A program made the position numbers and the translations under genes. This document shows, piece after piece, positions 40,080 to 50,720 of a stretch of DNA of 64,000 bases. The stretch spans positions 64,001-128,000 of the forward strand of contig CP000067.1 of NCBI GenBank assembly GCA_000002445.1, read 5' to 3'. The notes under the pieces are model-generated. The model did not search any database. It was not told the origin of the DNA and worked only from the letters and a program-made list of their open reading frames with translations. Numbering within the stretch: position 1 is the stretch's first letter; every line of letters begins with the position of its first letter. This DNA is from Trypanosoma brucei. Its lineage: Eukaryota.

Positions 40080-40322
40080 AACTGTAGCCAAACACCTGCT
40101 TTCTCACTCTGCGGTGCTACTTACGTCGATTCCATTGGCGCACACAAACACACACAGACGTGAGATTGATTATAGTGGCGAGGACGATACACAATAAATA
40201 ATGAGAGGGAAGTGGTGAATCGGTAAAAGGTGCGGAAGATCAGTTGGATGAAGCGGTCGAGGTGGGAGAAAAAGATAGGCGGAAGAACGTTTGCAAGGAT
40301 TACGAATGTAAGGAACATGCAC

Positions 40323-40340
40323 ATATATATATATATATAT
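40323..40340. repeat. (AT)9 microsatellite.
   Basis: Read directly in the intergenic region. Confidence 0.9.
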
Positions 40341-40393
40341 GCGTCTGTGCGTGTAAACCAGCGCCCGAAAAGACTGGATTTGTTGGCGTATTC

Positions 40394-41083
40394 TCACATT
40401 TCACCTAACCTCCCTTCTTTACGCATGAGAAGTACGCATTCGAGTTCCTTCTCCGCTAGTAGTGCGCTTGGGTACATTTGGTCAGCATTAACCAAAGTCA
40501 TAAAAGAACTCGGTGTACGAACCGTCTTTACTGCTTCAGCCAAGCCGCCCATACGAACCGCAATTACAGTGGAAACCCATAGATTAAATGGCCGTGGGCG
40601 AAAGCCTCCACGATGCACGGGGACACTTAGTTGGCACAAGTTCTTGGGCAGGACGAATAGATGACTTACATCTTTGGGTATGTTGTACCAACGCGGTTTA
40701 CCATCGGAAGATGCCGCAGCCGACAACGCCATCAAGCTGCCTTCACCTGAATTGTGTGGCAAAACGCCCCCAGGCGCAAGGAACTCCTTGTTTATTGGGA
40801 ACTTATACAATGTATCGCGTGCTAGCGCGGGTGATGATGCAAGTTGGACAAAACTCTCCCCGGTTAGAGGGGACCAAATGTTTAGAGGGCTGCACATGTA
40901 ACGCAGCGTCAGACCGAGAGCAGACGCAAGTTCACAGCTAAGCCAAAGAGGACTTCCGAGACGGTGCACATGCGCGAAATGGGTTACCTGCCGAACAGTG
41001 GAACAGTCTGTGATAAATTCCCTGGTGTCGAGAAGATACACCACTTGTGAAGAATTGTGACTCCCTCTACTTGTCAAACGCAT
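40394..41083 (-). CDS. Hypothetical protein, 229 aa.
   Basis: ATG-initiated ORF co-oriented with its neighbours. I could not assign a domain. VPVHRGGFRPRP weakly resembles a degenerate phosphatase P-loop. Confidence 0.4.
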   Translation of the reverse strand: MRLTSRGSHNSSQVVYLLDTREFITDCSTVRQVTHFAHVHRLGSPLWLSCELASALGLTLRYMCSPLNIWSPLTGESFVQLASSPALARDTLYKFPINKEFLAPGGVLPHNSGEGSLMALSAAASSDGKPRWYNIPKDVSHLFVLPKNLCQLSVPVHRGGFRPRPFNLWVSTVIAVRMGGLAEAVKTVRTPSSFMTLVNADQMYPSALLAEKELECVLLMRKEGRLGEM

Positions 41084-41870
41084 TCTTTCTCGTTAGTTTG
41101 TTCGTTTCCGTCCTAACGGCATGACGTGCGTGTGTGAAAGAAATTCACCATTGTGCAGCAAAAGAGCGCACAAGTAGTGCAAACATTTAAAAAAATAATA
41201 CACAAGTAGATATATATATCAATGTGTTGACGGGGATACAGCAAGTGAAATAGCCGAACTTACTCATCAACATACTTTTCTTCAGTAATCTCTAACGAGT
41301 GAAACTCGTTAGCACACGCCGAGGTGGCGCCTAAGCCCTGTTCCCTCTGCGCCGCATCTCTCTCTCTTTTTCATCGTCTTGGTTAACCCCACGCACTTTC
41401 ATAGCAATACCAACAATATTTGCACAATCCGCTGCGGGCCTTCAATAAATGGAAATTTTCCAGCACACCGAGCACAGTGTTGGTCAAACCGTCACACAAC
41501 AAATTCCAACAATGAAAAACACACTGCTTGCAGATCCTCTCTTGAAACTACACCAAATGGTGTGTCTTTGTCTGCTGCCTGAAATAGTTCTGCGCTTTTG
41601 ACACTGGAAAAGTTAACCAGCATCAACCCAGAGTCTTGTGCACGCCGCACTACAGCAGACACGCGCCCATTCCTACGGAGTTTGCAAATCTCATGTACGA
41701 GATGTTACCTACTGCTTTCAACTCAGTGGCCGCCAATAATAGAGGCGCGCCCAGAAATGTCACGGGAGGTTATGCCACCGTATTTTCCCAGCACATCGCT
41801 GTGGGAAAAAATAACAAATACAAGAAGTTCACATACCCTCTCCTTCCCTGCGAGGGTTCGTATCATGCGG

Positions 41871-43397
41871 TTAATAACCTTTACGTCTTCGTTTACCCAT
41901 CCTCAGAGAGCGCCACACGACCTTTTCAGAATCACTATCGGAGTCCACGAAAAGATCTCCGCCGAGATGCAATTTGAGACACGTTTCCGCCTTCGCATGT
42001 GCGCATTTTAGCAGTGGCAAAGAGAATTGTAATCGACCGCAAGAATACAACGCGGTCGCGAACAACAGATCAGCGCTATTACCTATTAGCTGTTTATCGG
42101 ATACGGACGGAATATCGGCAGACGGCACCGATGCGAAGCGGAACGTATTCTTTTCTGCCTTCCACACCGTCTTGGTATTTGGATTGGATTCCAGGGTGAC
42201 GGATTCGAGAAAGAAAACATCCTCTACTTCGTGCATTTCTGAAGTGTCACTGACCGGCCCAACAGCGAGAGGCTCGGTTAGCACAAGTTGCTCCAACATT
42301 TTACTAAATTCAGCACAACGCGATGCTTTCAGGGGTCTCGAACTTCGAAGAGTTGAGACAATGCTTGTGGCAAGGGTCTCTCCACGTTGTGAAAGCAGTA
42401 AAAGCATGTGTCTGAAGGTACAGGTTCGAATCCACGATTTGGCTCCCAACGCTGGGAGCAAAGAGTACGTGCACGACACATGCGACAGAATAATGGAAAC
42501 CGCTTGCTGGATTACTGAAGATCTAAAGACAGTGCTTCGTTTACCCCAATATTCGATAATGTACTGCAATGCGCTCAATATGGTGTTATGTTTCATTTGG
42601 CAACGATATATGAAAGCAGCGGACGCTTGCTCAACAGAGGTCACACTACGTAACTCTTCCGTTGAAAGCAATAAGACTGCATTTACGGGAGGACGCTGCC
42701 GGCATATAATACGATCATCGTAGTAGGATAGCATCCCCAGCGCAAAACGATTCGCCGCCTCCTCCACAAGGTAGCGACGGTCTTGCAAAGATATTGCAGT
42801 CAGTATAGGAAAGGCCATTTCCAAATTATAGATAGTGATATATGTAGCTGAAGTGCGTGCGAGATAATAGAAAACCCACATCACGAGCTTCTTTAAGAAT
42901 AATTCCATAAACTGAGAAGTGGTACAGAGGCCGTTGCGCTCAGTTCCTGTCAGCATCTGTGCATGAAAACTCCACGAGTTGTGTACGGGTCGAAACATTT
43001 GAGTGTGGCCGCCTTCAGCACTCCCCAAGAACAACAATGCTTCAATGCGTCCGCGCTCGCGTTTTTGTGGAGCGAAAAAGGAGGTTGCGCCATCTTTATG
43101 AGTAAGTTGTATCATTTCGCTCCTCTTCTCACGCCGGAGAATGTCACCCACAACCGGAAAACAAACAGCTGGGGACCGCGTGACATCATGCGAGGACCAA
43201 TGAAGGCAATGGTTTTTCGTTTCACTCACCATTCGCCCAAAACCATGAGGCAGCTGCCCGAAGTATACCCCAGCGCGAGGTGGTGAAATAACAGGCTCGA
43301 CACCCCCACGACGCACAAGAAGTTCCGAAACATCAACAGGAGTCAAATGGGTGACTTGTGACAACACATTTTCTGTGGGTACATTTGCGCTTTTCAT
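41871..43397 (-). CDS. Hypothetical protein, 508 aa, with a Lys/Arg-rich C-terminus (possibly nuclear).
   Basis: ATG-initiated 1.5 kb ORF in the same orientation. C-terminus ...RSLRMGKRRRKGY. No family recognised. Confidence 0.5.
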   Translation of the reverse strand: MKSANVPTENVLSQVTHLTPVDVSELLVRRGGVEPVISPPRAGVYFGQLPHGFGRMVSETKNHCLHWSSHDVTRSPAVCFPVVGDILRREKRSEMIQLTHKDGATSFFAPQKRERGRIEALLFLGSAEGGHTQMFRPVHNSWSFHAQMLTGTERNGLCTTSQFMELFLKKLVMWVFYYLARTSATYITIYNLEMAFPILTAISLQDRRYLVEEAANRFALGMLSYYDDRIICRQRPPVNAVLLLSTEELRSVTSVEQASAAFIYRCQMKHNTILSALQYIIEYWGKRSTVFRSSVIQQAVSIILSHVSCTYSLLPALGAKSWIRTCTFRHMLLLLSQRGETLATSIVSTLRSSRPLKASRCAEFSKMLEQLVLTEPLAVGPVSDTSEMHEVEDVFFLESVTLESNPNTKTVWKAEKNTFRFASVPSADIPSVSDKQLIGNSADLLFATALYSCGRLQFSLPLLKCAHAKAETCLKLHLGGDLFVDSDSDSEKVVWRSLRMGKRRRKGY

Positions 43398-43995
43398 AGA
43401 TATCCCCTAATGCGAACCTGAAGCGACTATTCAAATACGCACAACAGCCATACTCATCAAAGGGTGGTGGAATCATAAAAGAAAAAAGAAAGGGGGAGGA
43501 AAAGGAGGAGGATGGGAAGACAGAAAGTTACAGCTCGCGAGTATGGGGGCTTGTTAATGCCTCAGCATATTGCACATACGCAAAGCATGTATGCAAGCAT
43601 GTACATACATATATATTGCCCATTAAACGAAAAGACACGACCTACAAAATCTAAGGGAGGTTGTTAAACCTTAAACACTGGGCGCTTATATATAAATATG
43701 TGTACATGTGCAGTAAAAATGAGGGGGTTTCGGTCGTACGGGTTCTGATATGGTTGCAGTGCAATTAACACACATCACAGTAATCAAAAATGGTCTTTTA
43801 ACCATGCCAATACGTATATATATATAAATATATATATGTGCGAAAGGAAGATGCTGTTACACCATTCAATTTCATCACCGCCTACAAACACGTCAAATGA
43901 TAACAACCATAATAACCCGAAGCCGGCACATGGTCATAGCCGACCACTCCCAGACACAAGCGAAAACGTAAACATCTGTTTATATGCATATGTGC

Positions 43996-44003
<8 letters not shown>

Positions 44004-44028
<25 letters not shown>
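44004..44028. repeat. (AT)12 microsatellite.
   Basis: Read directly in the intergenic region 43398..44153. Confidence 0.9.
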
Positions 44029-44153
44029 CAAGAAGCAGTGATGCATATTCTCCTCCTTCTCCGCTTTTTTTTGCTTATAGTACATACGGTAACAAAGTCA
44101 TCTCAAAGCAACGCACGTGACAGAACGACCGATGCCTCAAAGCTTTCCGTCTC

Positions 44154-44996
44154 CTACCTGAAGCCAAGTTCCTTTCCAACGTTCCCCTTTTTGAGTAACA
44201 TCAAGTAGTTAAGCCGAACTTTCTGCGACTCAGCACGGGGATTACTGCGAAAGATGGGAGCGAACCGTGTGGAATCACGGAAAATTCGGTAGAGAGCAAC
44301 AAAGTCATCTTCGTCCAGCGTTCCTCGTTGATAGAGCCCTGGGGGAAAGACAAACAAGTCACCCGTCTTTGCGTGAATGCGAATCCATTTGTCCTGCTTG
44401 GAACGCACATCAATGAAGCAAGATCCATCGACCACAATGCGTATCTGCTCATCCTCGTTGTAGTGTTCCTGATACCACCGTTCCAAAAACTGTTCATCCT
44501 TACACGTCTGCGAAAGTTTTACCTCATCTGTATGTTTGTAGTTGCGCTCCTTCACAATTTGCCTGACAACAGAGAAGTCGTTCAAGCTCACATTGAAATA
44601 TATTATACCAAGTTCCTTCAACTGTTGTAATGTCGGAACTGGTGCGTCACGCTTCCGACCTTTCTTCAGACTGGCCAGGCACAACTGCGGCTTTGAAGTT
44701 ACATCGTCAAGATACCACATATCTACGAGGCCATCATTCACTACCGAGGGCGGAATGGGTGGAAGGTCTTGAATAATATCCGACCCAAGTCGGCGCCACT
44801 CCTCCTCCTGCCGTTTACGCCTCTTTTCCTCCTCTATTCTCCGTTCCTCCGCCTCACGCCGCCTGTTTTCTTCTGCCTCACGCTCTGCTGCTGCACGGCG
44901 CTCCCGCTCCTCCTTTTCCTTCTGTCGCTTCAAATCACGCTCACGAATCTCCTGCTCTTCTTTGAGTCGTTGCGCCGCATCCGTGTCGGGTTCCAT
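44154..44996 (-). CDS. Acireductone dioxygenase (ARD/ADI1)-like cupin protein with a ~90 aa Arg/Glu-rich N-terminal extension. It is probably non-catalytic.
   Basis: The C-terminal 190 aa align with ARD: VDMWYLDD... ~ human MVQAWYMDD, and IDVRSKQDKWIRIHAKTGDLFVFPPGLYQRGTLDEDDFVALYRIF ~ [45 protein letters not shown]. Three of the four ARD metal-ligand positions, which I recall as H96, H98, E102 and H140 in human ADI1, are substituted: EEHLHLDDE reads QEHYNEDEQ here, and GIYHRF reads GLYQRG. Confidence 0.65.
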   Translation of the reverse strand: MEPDTDAAQRLKEEQEIRERDLKRQKEKEERERRAAAEREAEENRRREAEERRIEEEKRRKRQEEEWRRLGSDIIQDLPPIPPSVVNDGLVDMWYLDDVTSKPQLCLASLKKGRKRDAPVPTLQQLKELGIIYFNVSLNDFSVVRQIVKERNYKHTDEVKLSQTCKDEQFLERWYQEHYNEDEQIRIVVDGSCFIDVRSKQDKWIRIHAKTGDLFVFPPGLYQRGTLDEDDFVALYRIFRDSTRFAPIFRSNPRAESQKVRLNYLMLLKKGNVGKELGFR

Positions 44997-46515
44997 TTCT
45001 CACTTACACACGAACAAACTCTATTTTCTTTTTTTTTTAACTTTTACCTTTTCCTTTTTCTTATCTTGTCCTTCCTCCTTTTCTCACTGTGTGTGTATAT
45101 GCTTTTACAAGAATACTTGCTTTATTTGTTTAGCTATTGGCTTCGTCCGTCCTCGGAAAAGGTGTTGTGTTTTTTTTTTTTAAATCCCTGTATTCAACTC
45201 GCCCAGATCAATAATAAAGAACAAAAAAGAATATTATCTCCTTCGGTAATATATTCTTTCGTTTTGCAAGTTGCTGTAGTATTTGACTGTTTTTGTTTTT
45301 GTCGTCTTCTTTTTTTTTTTTGGCTGGTATCTTTTTTTCCTCCCTTTTTTCTTCTTTTAGGCTACTCGGTTGGTTGTGGTTCTACAAGTTGGTGGAAAAA
45401 AAAGGTGTGAAAAATGAGGGACGGTTTCACTTTGAATACGTGCTTTCAGCCATAATTAATATTTAACTTCAATTATTTGAGTTGAACATATTCTTCTGTT
45501 GTTATTATTCTTCACACCTCTTACCATCTATAACTATTGCAGTCAAGCATTCGACCTAGTGTTTAGTCACATAGTATTTTTTTCCTTTTTGTTTTGTTTA
45601 TTCTCTTAGCGTATTGATTTTTTTTTTAAAAAAAGCCTGACTTCTCCCCTTAAAGCAAGAAGGAAAAAAATAGTGACAATAATAAAAGCAACAATTCAGA
45701 CTGAGTTGTATGCAAAATACTATGACTTTTTAAATTATACGTTAATTTGTATACCCACCTGATGCATTTGTTCTCTCAGCAATGAAATTATACGACTGAC
45801 GTCTTTGGGAAAATGTAATAATAAAACGATAATACAAAGACGTATTGCGCGTGTCACAAGTAAATAATTTTTTTTGTTTTTTTACCCTCCAATTTATGCC
45901 TCTACAAGTCGTTGTATCCTCTGATTATGGTTTGTTTTTGTTTGTTTCTTTTTGTTTCTGTGGTTGTTGCATGTTGTCATTTCATACATCAGTCGTGTTT
46001 CACTAAGCGGTTACAATGCGTAGCAAGAACCACAAATGCAAAACGAAAACATATCGAAATGTACATTCAGAATTACGTGAGGATACCTTTATTTGATGTA
46101 AAACCTACCATTTTAAAAAAAAAGAGAGAGAGATTAACCAAAAAAAAAAAACAGTATGAATGACAAAAAAAAACTAACACATGCGCGCAGAGAAAGAGGA
46201 AAGCACAATCATTAACATCAAATAAAGAAATGTCACATGACTACGGCACAAGCCTGGTAAAATACAGAATTATAAGGCGAAATAAAACACAAAAAAACGT
46301 GCACGCTGAGATGCAAAACATATCTCATTTTCTATTGTGTATGTATTTAATACACGATTTCCCTTCCCCTTTCCCTCTATCCGCAACAGAAACACATGTT
46401 TTCCTCCTCTTTTTGGAGGTCGCTCATTCTACAAATACTCCCTCACCATTGGATGGACATCACAACCGGTACATCTCATTTTATTGCACCATCTTATGAT
46501 TTTGGAAATTTGTTA

Positions 46516-47736
46516 TCACAAATGAATACGAATGGATGGTAACATCCGCTTGCGACTCCTTTCGTATTCACGGGAAACCACAAAACAAATCATTGCAGCG
46601 TCGCGGTTTCCAAAAAGAGTCATCGACACATTAGCAAAATGAGTGTTGTAAACGCTGTTGTGTCGGAGTAATACAGCAGAGAGTATTCGATTCCTCACAT
46701 CTGAAACCGACGAAGACAAACGATTTGCCGCCTCCTCTAGGGAAATTTGCGAATATCGATACTTTACGCAAAAACGCTCAGCATTTGATACCATGAGATT
46801 CCAATGTAACGTACGCACAAGCAGCGCTTTCGCTTCACTTGAAGTGGTGTAATCCGCATCACTTAGTAAAACGAGGTGTATGCTCCGTCTCAAATGCTCA
46901 TCTTCAGTTAAAAGTGATTGGCCGTAATCCCTGGCAGCACGCGCGATGGCTTCCACCGTTACCCACGGAAGTTTATGGCCAGCGTTTAGTTTCATCACAA
47001 AGTCTATGAGTGCCCGTGACGTCAAGTCTCCATCATCATCAATTAAAGAAACCGCTTGCTTCAGTACATCTTCAGAGAAATCGGTGCACTGATAATCGCA
47101 ACTAAGCAACTTTTGGTGTCTTCCAGCAAGTTGAAATGCACTGCGACGCCTGCCACACTTCTCAAGTATTTTCCTCTCAAGCTGTTTCCACATCCCGGGT
47201 TCCGGGACATGTTTGTAAATGATGACATCCTCTTCATGCGAAAAGGGCTCTTGTGATGTAGCCATCGTATGGCGAAAATGCAAATAACACTGAAAGGCAC
47301 TTACTGGCTTTACCCTACTCGAGTCGTAATTAAGAGCGTCAGCAACTGTATGCCACTGTTTTGTATATGATTCCGCATTTGCTCCTAAACCGAGACAATC
47401 CGCCTGGCGCTTCAAATGTTGCACCGCACGGTGGCCCCAGCGAGGCTTTGACAACAGCGGTAAGACGTTATGCTGAAGTCTGCCAAATAGTGGAGGGGCA
47501 TAAACCATATTACAGTAATAAAATTTAAACACTATATCCTGATCTGCTCTCATTAACGGTGTCGTCCTATTTACAATTTTAGGTCTGACGCCCTCCGCCC
47601 TCAATGCACGAATGAGGGCAGCCATTGAAGCGAGCCGATGGGCGATATCATCTATTCTTTCACGAAGATGAGTTTGTAATCTCCTGTTGGCTTGCAACAA
47701 TGTTTCAAGGGCAACTAAGTCACCATCTATCACCAT
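46516..47736 (-). CDS. Hypothetical protein, 406 aa, with possible Myb/SANT-like Trp-spaced repeats.
   Basis: ATG-initiated ORF. W...W...W spacing (PRWGHRAVQHLKRQ...YTKQWHTVADAL, then GMWKQLERKILEKCGRRRSAFQLAGRHQKLL) weakly suggests a Myb-like fold. Confidence 0.45.
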   Translation of the reverse strand: MVIDGDLVALETLLQANRRLQTHLRERIDDIAHRLASMAALIRALRAEGVRPKIVNRTTPLMRADQDIVFKFYYCNMVYAPPLFGRLQHNVLPLLSKPRWGHRAVQHLKRQADCLGLGANAESYTKQWHTVADALNYDSSRVKPVSAFQCYLHFRHTMATSQEPFSHEEDVIIYKHVPEPGMWKQLERKILEKCGRRRSAFQLAGRHQKLLSCDYQCTDFSEDVLKQAVSLIDDDGDLTSRALIDFVMKLNAGHKLPWVTVEAIARAARDYGQSLLTEDEHLRRSIHLVLLSDADYTTSSEAKALLVRTLHWNLMVSNAERFCVKYRYSQISLEEAANRLSSSVSDVRNRILSAVLLRHNSVYNTHFANVSMTLFGNRDAAMICFVVSREYERSRKRMLPSIRIHL

Positions 47737-48861
47737 GAGCTGTAAGCATCCGCTCCACTATAATCAAACACATGAGGACGGGAAGAGGAAGAAGAGAAAA
47801 GTTGATCATATAATTAAGAAAAAATGTGTAAACGAAGATACAGTTGTTATTTATTTATTTCTGTTTTTTTTTCTTTTTGTGTGTATGTGGCATGGCGAGT
47901 GATGGCGTAATCGGTCCATGACGCTAAAGGATTGGTAAAATATATAAAAAAAGAAGGAGGAAAAACAATAAGTGGTATCAACTTGATTAAAAACAAATTT
48001 TTGATGGCAATAATATTTTGTTTTCGAAAAAAAAAAACACAGAGAAAAGGAACTCAGTGACTAATGGGGGACGGTCAAAGGTGTAAAACGGTACCCCACC
48101 TTGTGAGTTCATATAGTCACCGAAGTGCGAGTAAATTTACATACAAGTTTTGCAGAAATATATGAATACATACATCCACACGCGGATATATGTGCGTAAA
48201 TGTGTGTGCGCGCGTGGGCTTCATTCCCCCATTCTCATATCTTTCTTTTTTTTCCTTTCTTCTTTTCTCTTTTTTCTCTCCTCTCTTTTTTTTTTTTTAA
48301 TTGTCCTGTTACTTCTCTGCTGGGTGAATTTTCCCCACGGTGGTGAGTTACCCTACACTCTCGGGGAAGGTAAATACAATGATGGAAACACAACAACAAC
48401 AACATAATAATAATAATCTCTCACTTTTTACTCCTTTTCTAACTGTACACCCTCAACATTGCCGCTATATATTTCTTATTTTCCTGTTTCCCCCCTCTTA
48501 TTGGCTCCATATCAACCCACACACCCACACTCATTTCCTCTCCATTTTTGTCTGTTTGTTTGCTTTATTATTATTATTACGATTATTTTTTCTTTCTTCT
48601 GGTGGTGGGTGCGTGTATTGTCATTTGTCAATGGGTTATCGATTGTTTCGTCTCCCCTTCCCATCTCCCATTTTTTTTTAAAAACCCATTCTTTTGTTTT
48701 CTTCCCTCAAGCCCCCACACGGTAAATAAATATCAATGTATGAATATAAAAGAGAAAAAAAAAGGAATATATAATGTATATATCACTCGTGCGTGCCGAT
48801 CAGGTGCGTTAGAAAACGAAGTATCCCCTTATTTGAAGTGCGGAGTCATTACACCAACTAC

Positions 48862-49863
48862 TCACTGCTTTACCGTAGCGAAAAGAAGTTTCCCCTCAGC
48901 ACAAGAAATATACGCATTATTAGGTAAACCCTCGAATATGCTAATATTCATAAGATCATACGCCGAATCGTACGAAGCAATTAGCTGACCGGTTGAGTAC
49001 GATGTCACGAGGACTTTGCTCGGTGATGACGTAATGGTCCAAACCAGACCCGATGTTTTACAGAGGCGTGAACTGAGCGGAATCAACTCCCCTAACGCCA
49101 TGGAAAGGCGGGCCGAGTCGTCCGCCAGTTCCTGACCTGAAACGCAATCAAAAACCTGCAGTTGTTCTTTTTGGCGACGGGAGGCGACGAGTACACAATT
49201 GGTACCGGTAATTAACTCAATACCATCGGAACTCACCTGAGCACCTCTGATTTCCACACGTGCTTCATTCGCCTTTAAATCCCACACTTGCAGTGGTCCA
49301 CCCCAACCACCACTAACTGCAACGCCTTGAGAGACGAAACGTACGGAGAAAATACGACTTGTGTGGGCTAAGCGACTCACACCGCTCTCATCATGTGCCA
49401 TTTGAAGGTTGGCTTTTAGTGTACCATCCGCATCGTAAAGACGGACAGTGCGGTCACTTCCAGCCGTAATGAACATATCACACTCGGGAGAAACCGCTAA
49501 ACATGTTATTTCATTTCCCTTCTCAGGCACTCTGTTGGTTCGATGAAGCGCTGCACCATCCCATTGCCAAATAAAAACTCCCCCCGCACTTGAAACCGAA
49601 ACCAAGCGGTAAAGTCCCCCTTCAGATGATTCAAGCCATTGCACAGCTGTGCATGGCACGTTATCATATCCTTTACCTGCTGCACTGCTATCCAATGCAC
49701 TAAATGTTGAAGGATTAAATATGACAAGGGCACCATCTCCAAACACAGCGGCAAGATACGTACCGTCATGGGAAAGAGAAGATGCGTAAACCTCTTCACC
49801 CTTGTCATTAATTGTTGCAACCTTCACACGCAAGGTACTATCATTCGCATGTTCCTCCGACAT
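48862..49863 (-). CDS. WD40-repeat protein, 333 aa.
   Basis: Repeated beta-propeller blade signatures: GTYLAAVFGDGALVIFN, LVSVSSAGGVFIWQWDG, ITAGSDRTVRLYDADG, GVAVSGGWGGPLQVWDLKANE. ATG at 49861..49863. Confidence 0.75.
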   Translation of the reverse strand: MSEEHANDSTLRVKVATINDKGEEVYASSLSHDGTYLAAVFGDGALVIFNPSTFSALDSSAAGKGYDNVPCTAVQWLESSEGGLYRLVSVSSAGGVFIWQWDGAALHRTNRVPEKGNEITCLAVSPECDMFITAGSDRTVRLYDADGTLKANLQMAHDESGVSRLAHTSRIFSVRFVSQGVAVSGGWGGPLQVWDLKANEARVEIRGAQVSSDGIELITGTNCVLVASRRQKEQLQVFDCVSGQELADDSARLSMALGELIPLSSRLCKTSGLVWTITSSPSKVLVTSYSTGQLIASYDSAYDLMNISIFEGLPNNAYISCAEGKLLFATVKQ

Positions 49864-50259
49864 TGGGGCTTTTCCTTACTTGGATGTTCTATTTTATGAC
49901 TGACTCACACGAAAAAGAAAAAAAGACACTGAAACAAGTAGTGGGGCATGCAAGAAATATATTTATATATATAATATGCACAATAATAGTAAGTAACAAA
50001 GAAATAAATTGCAGTGTCCTCCGAGTACATGATGAGGGGGGAAAAGGAAAAGAAAAGAAAATCAAGCGCCATGAGGGAAGTCGAAATGGTGATGCAGAGG
50101 AGAGTTCCTATTCCGCACCGTCCAGATATACGATAACAATTAAAAAAAAGAAAAGAACTGGTAACGCTTGTACAATGCACCTCACTATTTTTCTTTTTCT
50201 TTAAAAATGAAAAGAAAAAAAAGAAGGGTAATAGTAATGTAAAAGGGGTATTCAGCATA

Positions 50260-50610
50260 TCAAAGGGCATGGAGAATAGTTTTCTTTCCCATAGCAAAGA
50301 AACACATATGTACCACCATAATTGTAGTGTAAGTGAGAATCTCCAACAAACTCATGGGTTCAGCTCCAAAAACCCAAAAGACACAACCAATGGCCAAACA
50401 CAATAGTGATAAGGAAAAGAATGCATGGATTAAACCGACTGCAAAATATACCACAGCTATGAGAATCCACTGCCAATTTGTTCGTATAAGACGCCGACAT
50501 GCAAACAAACCCACTGCAACATAAATAACTGCTGTGGCGAGGGTTGAAAAGAGAATTAAGCGGGTCCACACGCCTGAAATGGTGGCATATTCCTTTTGTT
50601 CGTCTCGCAT
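50260..50610 (-). CDS. Small multi-pass membrane protein, 116 aa, with 3-4 predicted transmembrane helices.
   Basis: ATG-initiated ORF. Immediately upstream on the coding strand is a ~70 nt near-pure polypyrimidine tract (plus strand 50640..50715 is purine-only) followed by AG, the canonical trans-splice signal arrangement. Three long hydrophobic segments. Confidence 0.45.
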   Translation of the reverse strand: MRDEQKEYATISGVWTRLILFSTLATAVIYVAVGLFACRRLIRTNWQWILIAVVYFAVGLIHAFFSLSLLCLAIGCVFWVFGAEPMSLLEILTYTTIMVVHMCFFAMGKKTILHAL

Positions 50611-50720
50611 ATATTTCCTTTGGTTAATATATGGCTAGTGCTTCATACACCCGCACAATCCTTTCAAGCGGAAGCTTCGGGAGGAGGCAAAAAGAAAAAA
50701 AAGAAAAAAAAGAAAAAAAG
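50611..50720 (-). promoter_or_regulatory. Long polypyrimidine tract plus AG upstream of the 116-aa membrane ORF (trans-splicing signal). It likely also marks the polyadenylation zone of the upstream RRM gene.
   Basis: Plus strand ggaggaggcaaaaagaaaaaaaagaaaaaaaagaaaaaaagaaaagagagagagaca is purine-only, so the minus strand is a pure CT tract. Confidence 0.55.

Noticed and set aside
40015-40085. Apparent +1/-1 frame inconsistency at about 40021 and 40080, seen when I translated the START-like gene by eye.
   Set aside because: The supplied ORF track translates continuously through this region, and plus-strand ORF ends at 40018 and 40065 are consistent with the track. I attribute the discrepancy to my own mis-transcription at line junctions, not a real frameshift or pseudogene.
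41974-42723. 249-aa plus-strand ORF.
   Set aside because: It is antisense to the confident 508-aa minus-strand gene. The rest of the polycistron is strictly minus-strand.
44769-45410. 213-aa plus-strand ORF with a Leu/Phe/Pro-rich translation.
   Set aside because: It is translated from a CT-rich low-complexity intergenic tract and overlaps the ARD-like gene on the opposite strand. This is a typical spurious ORF.
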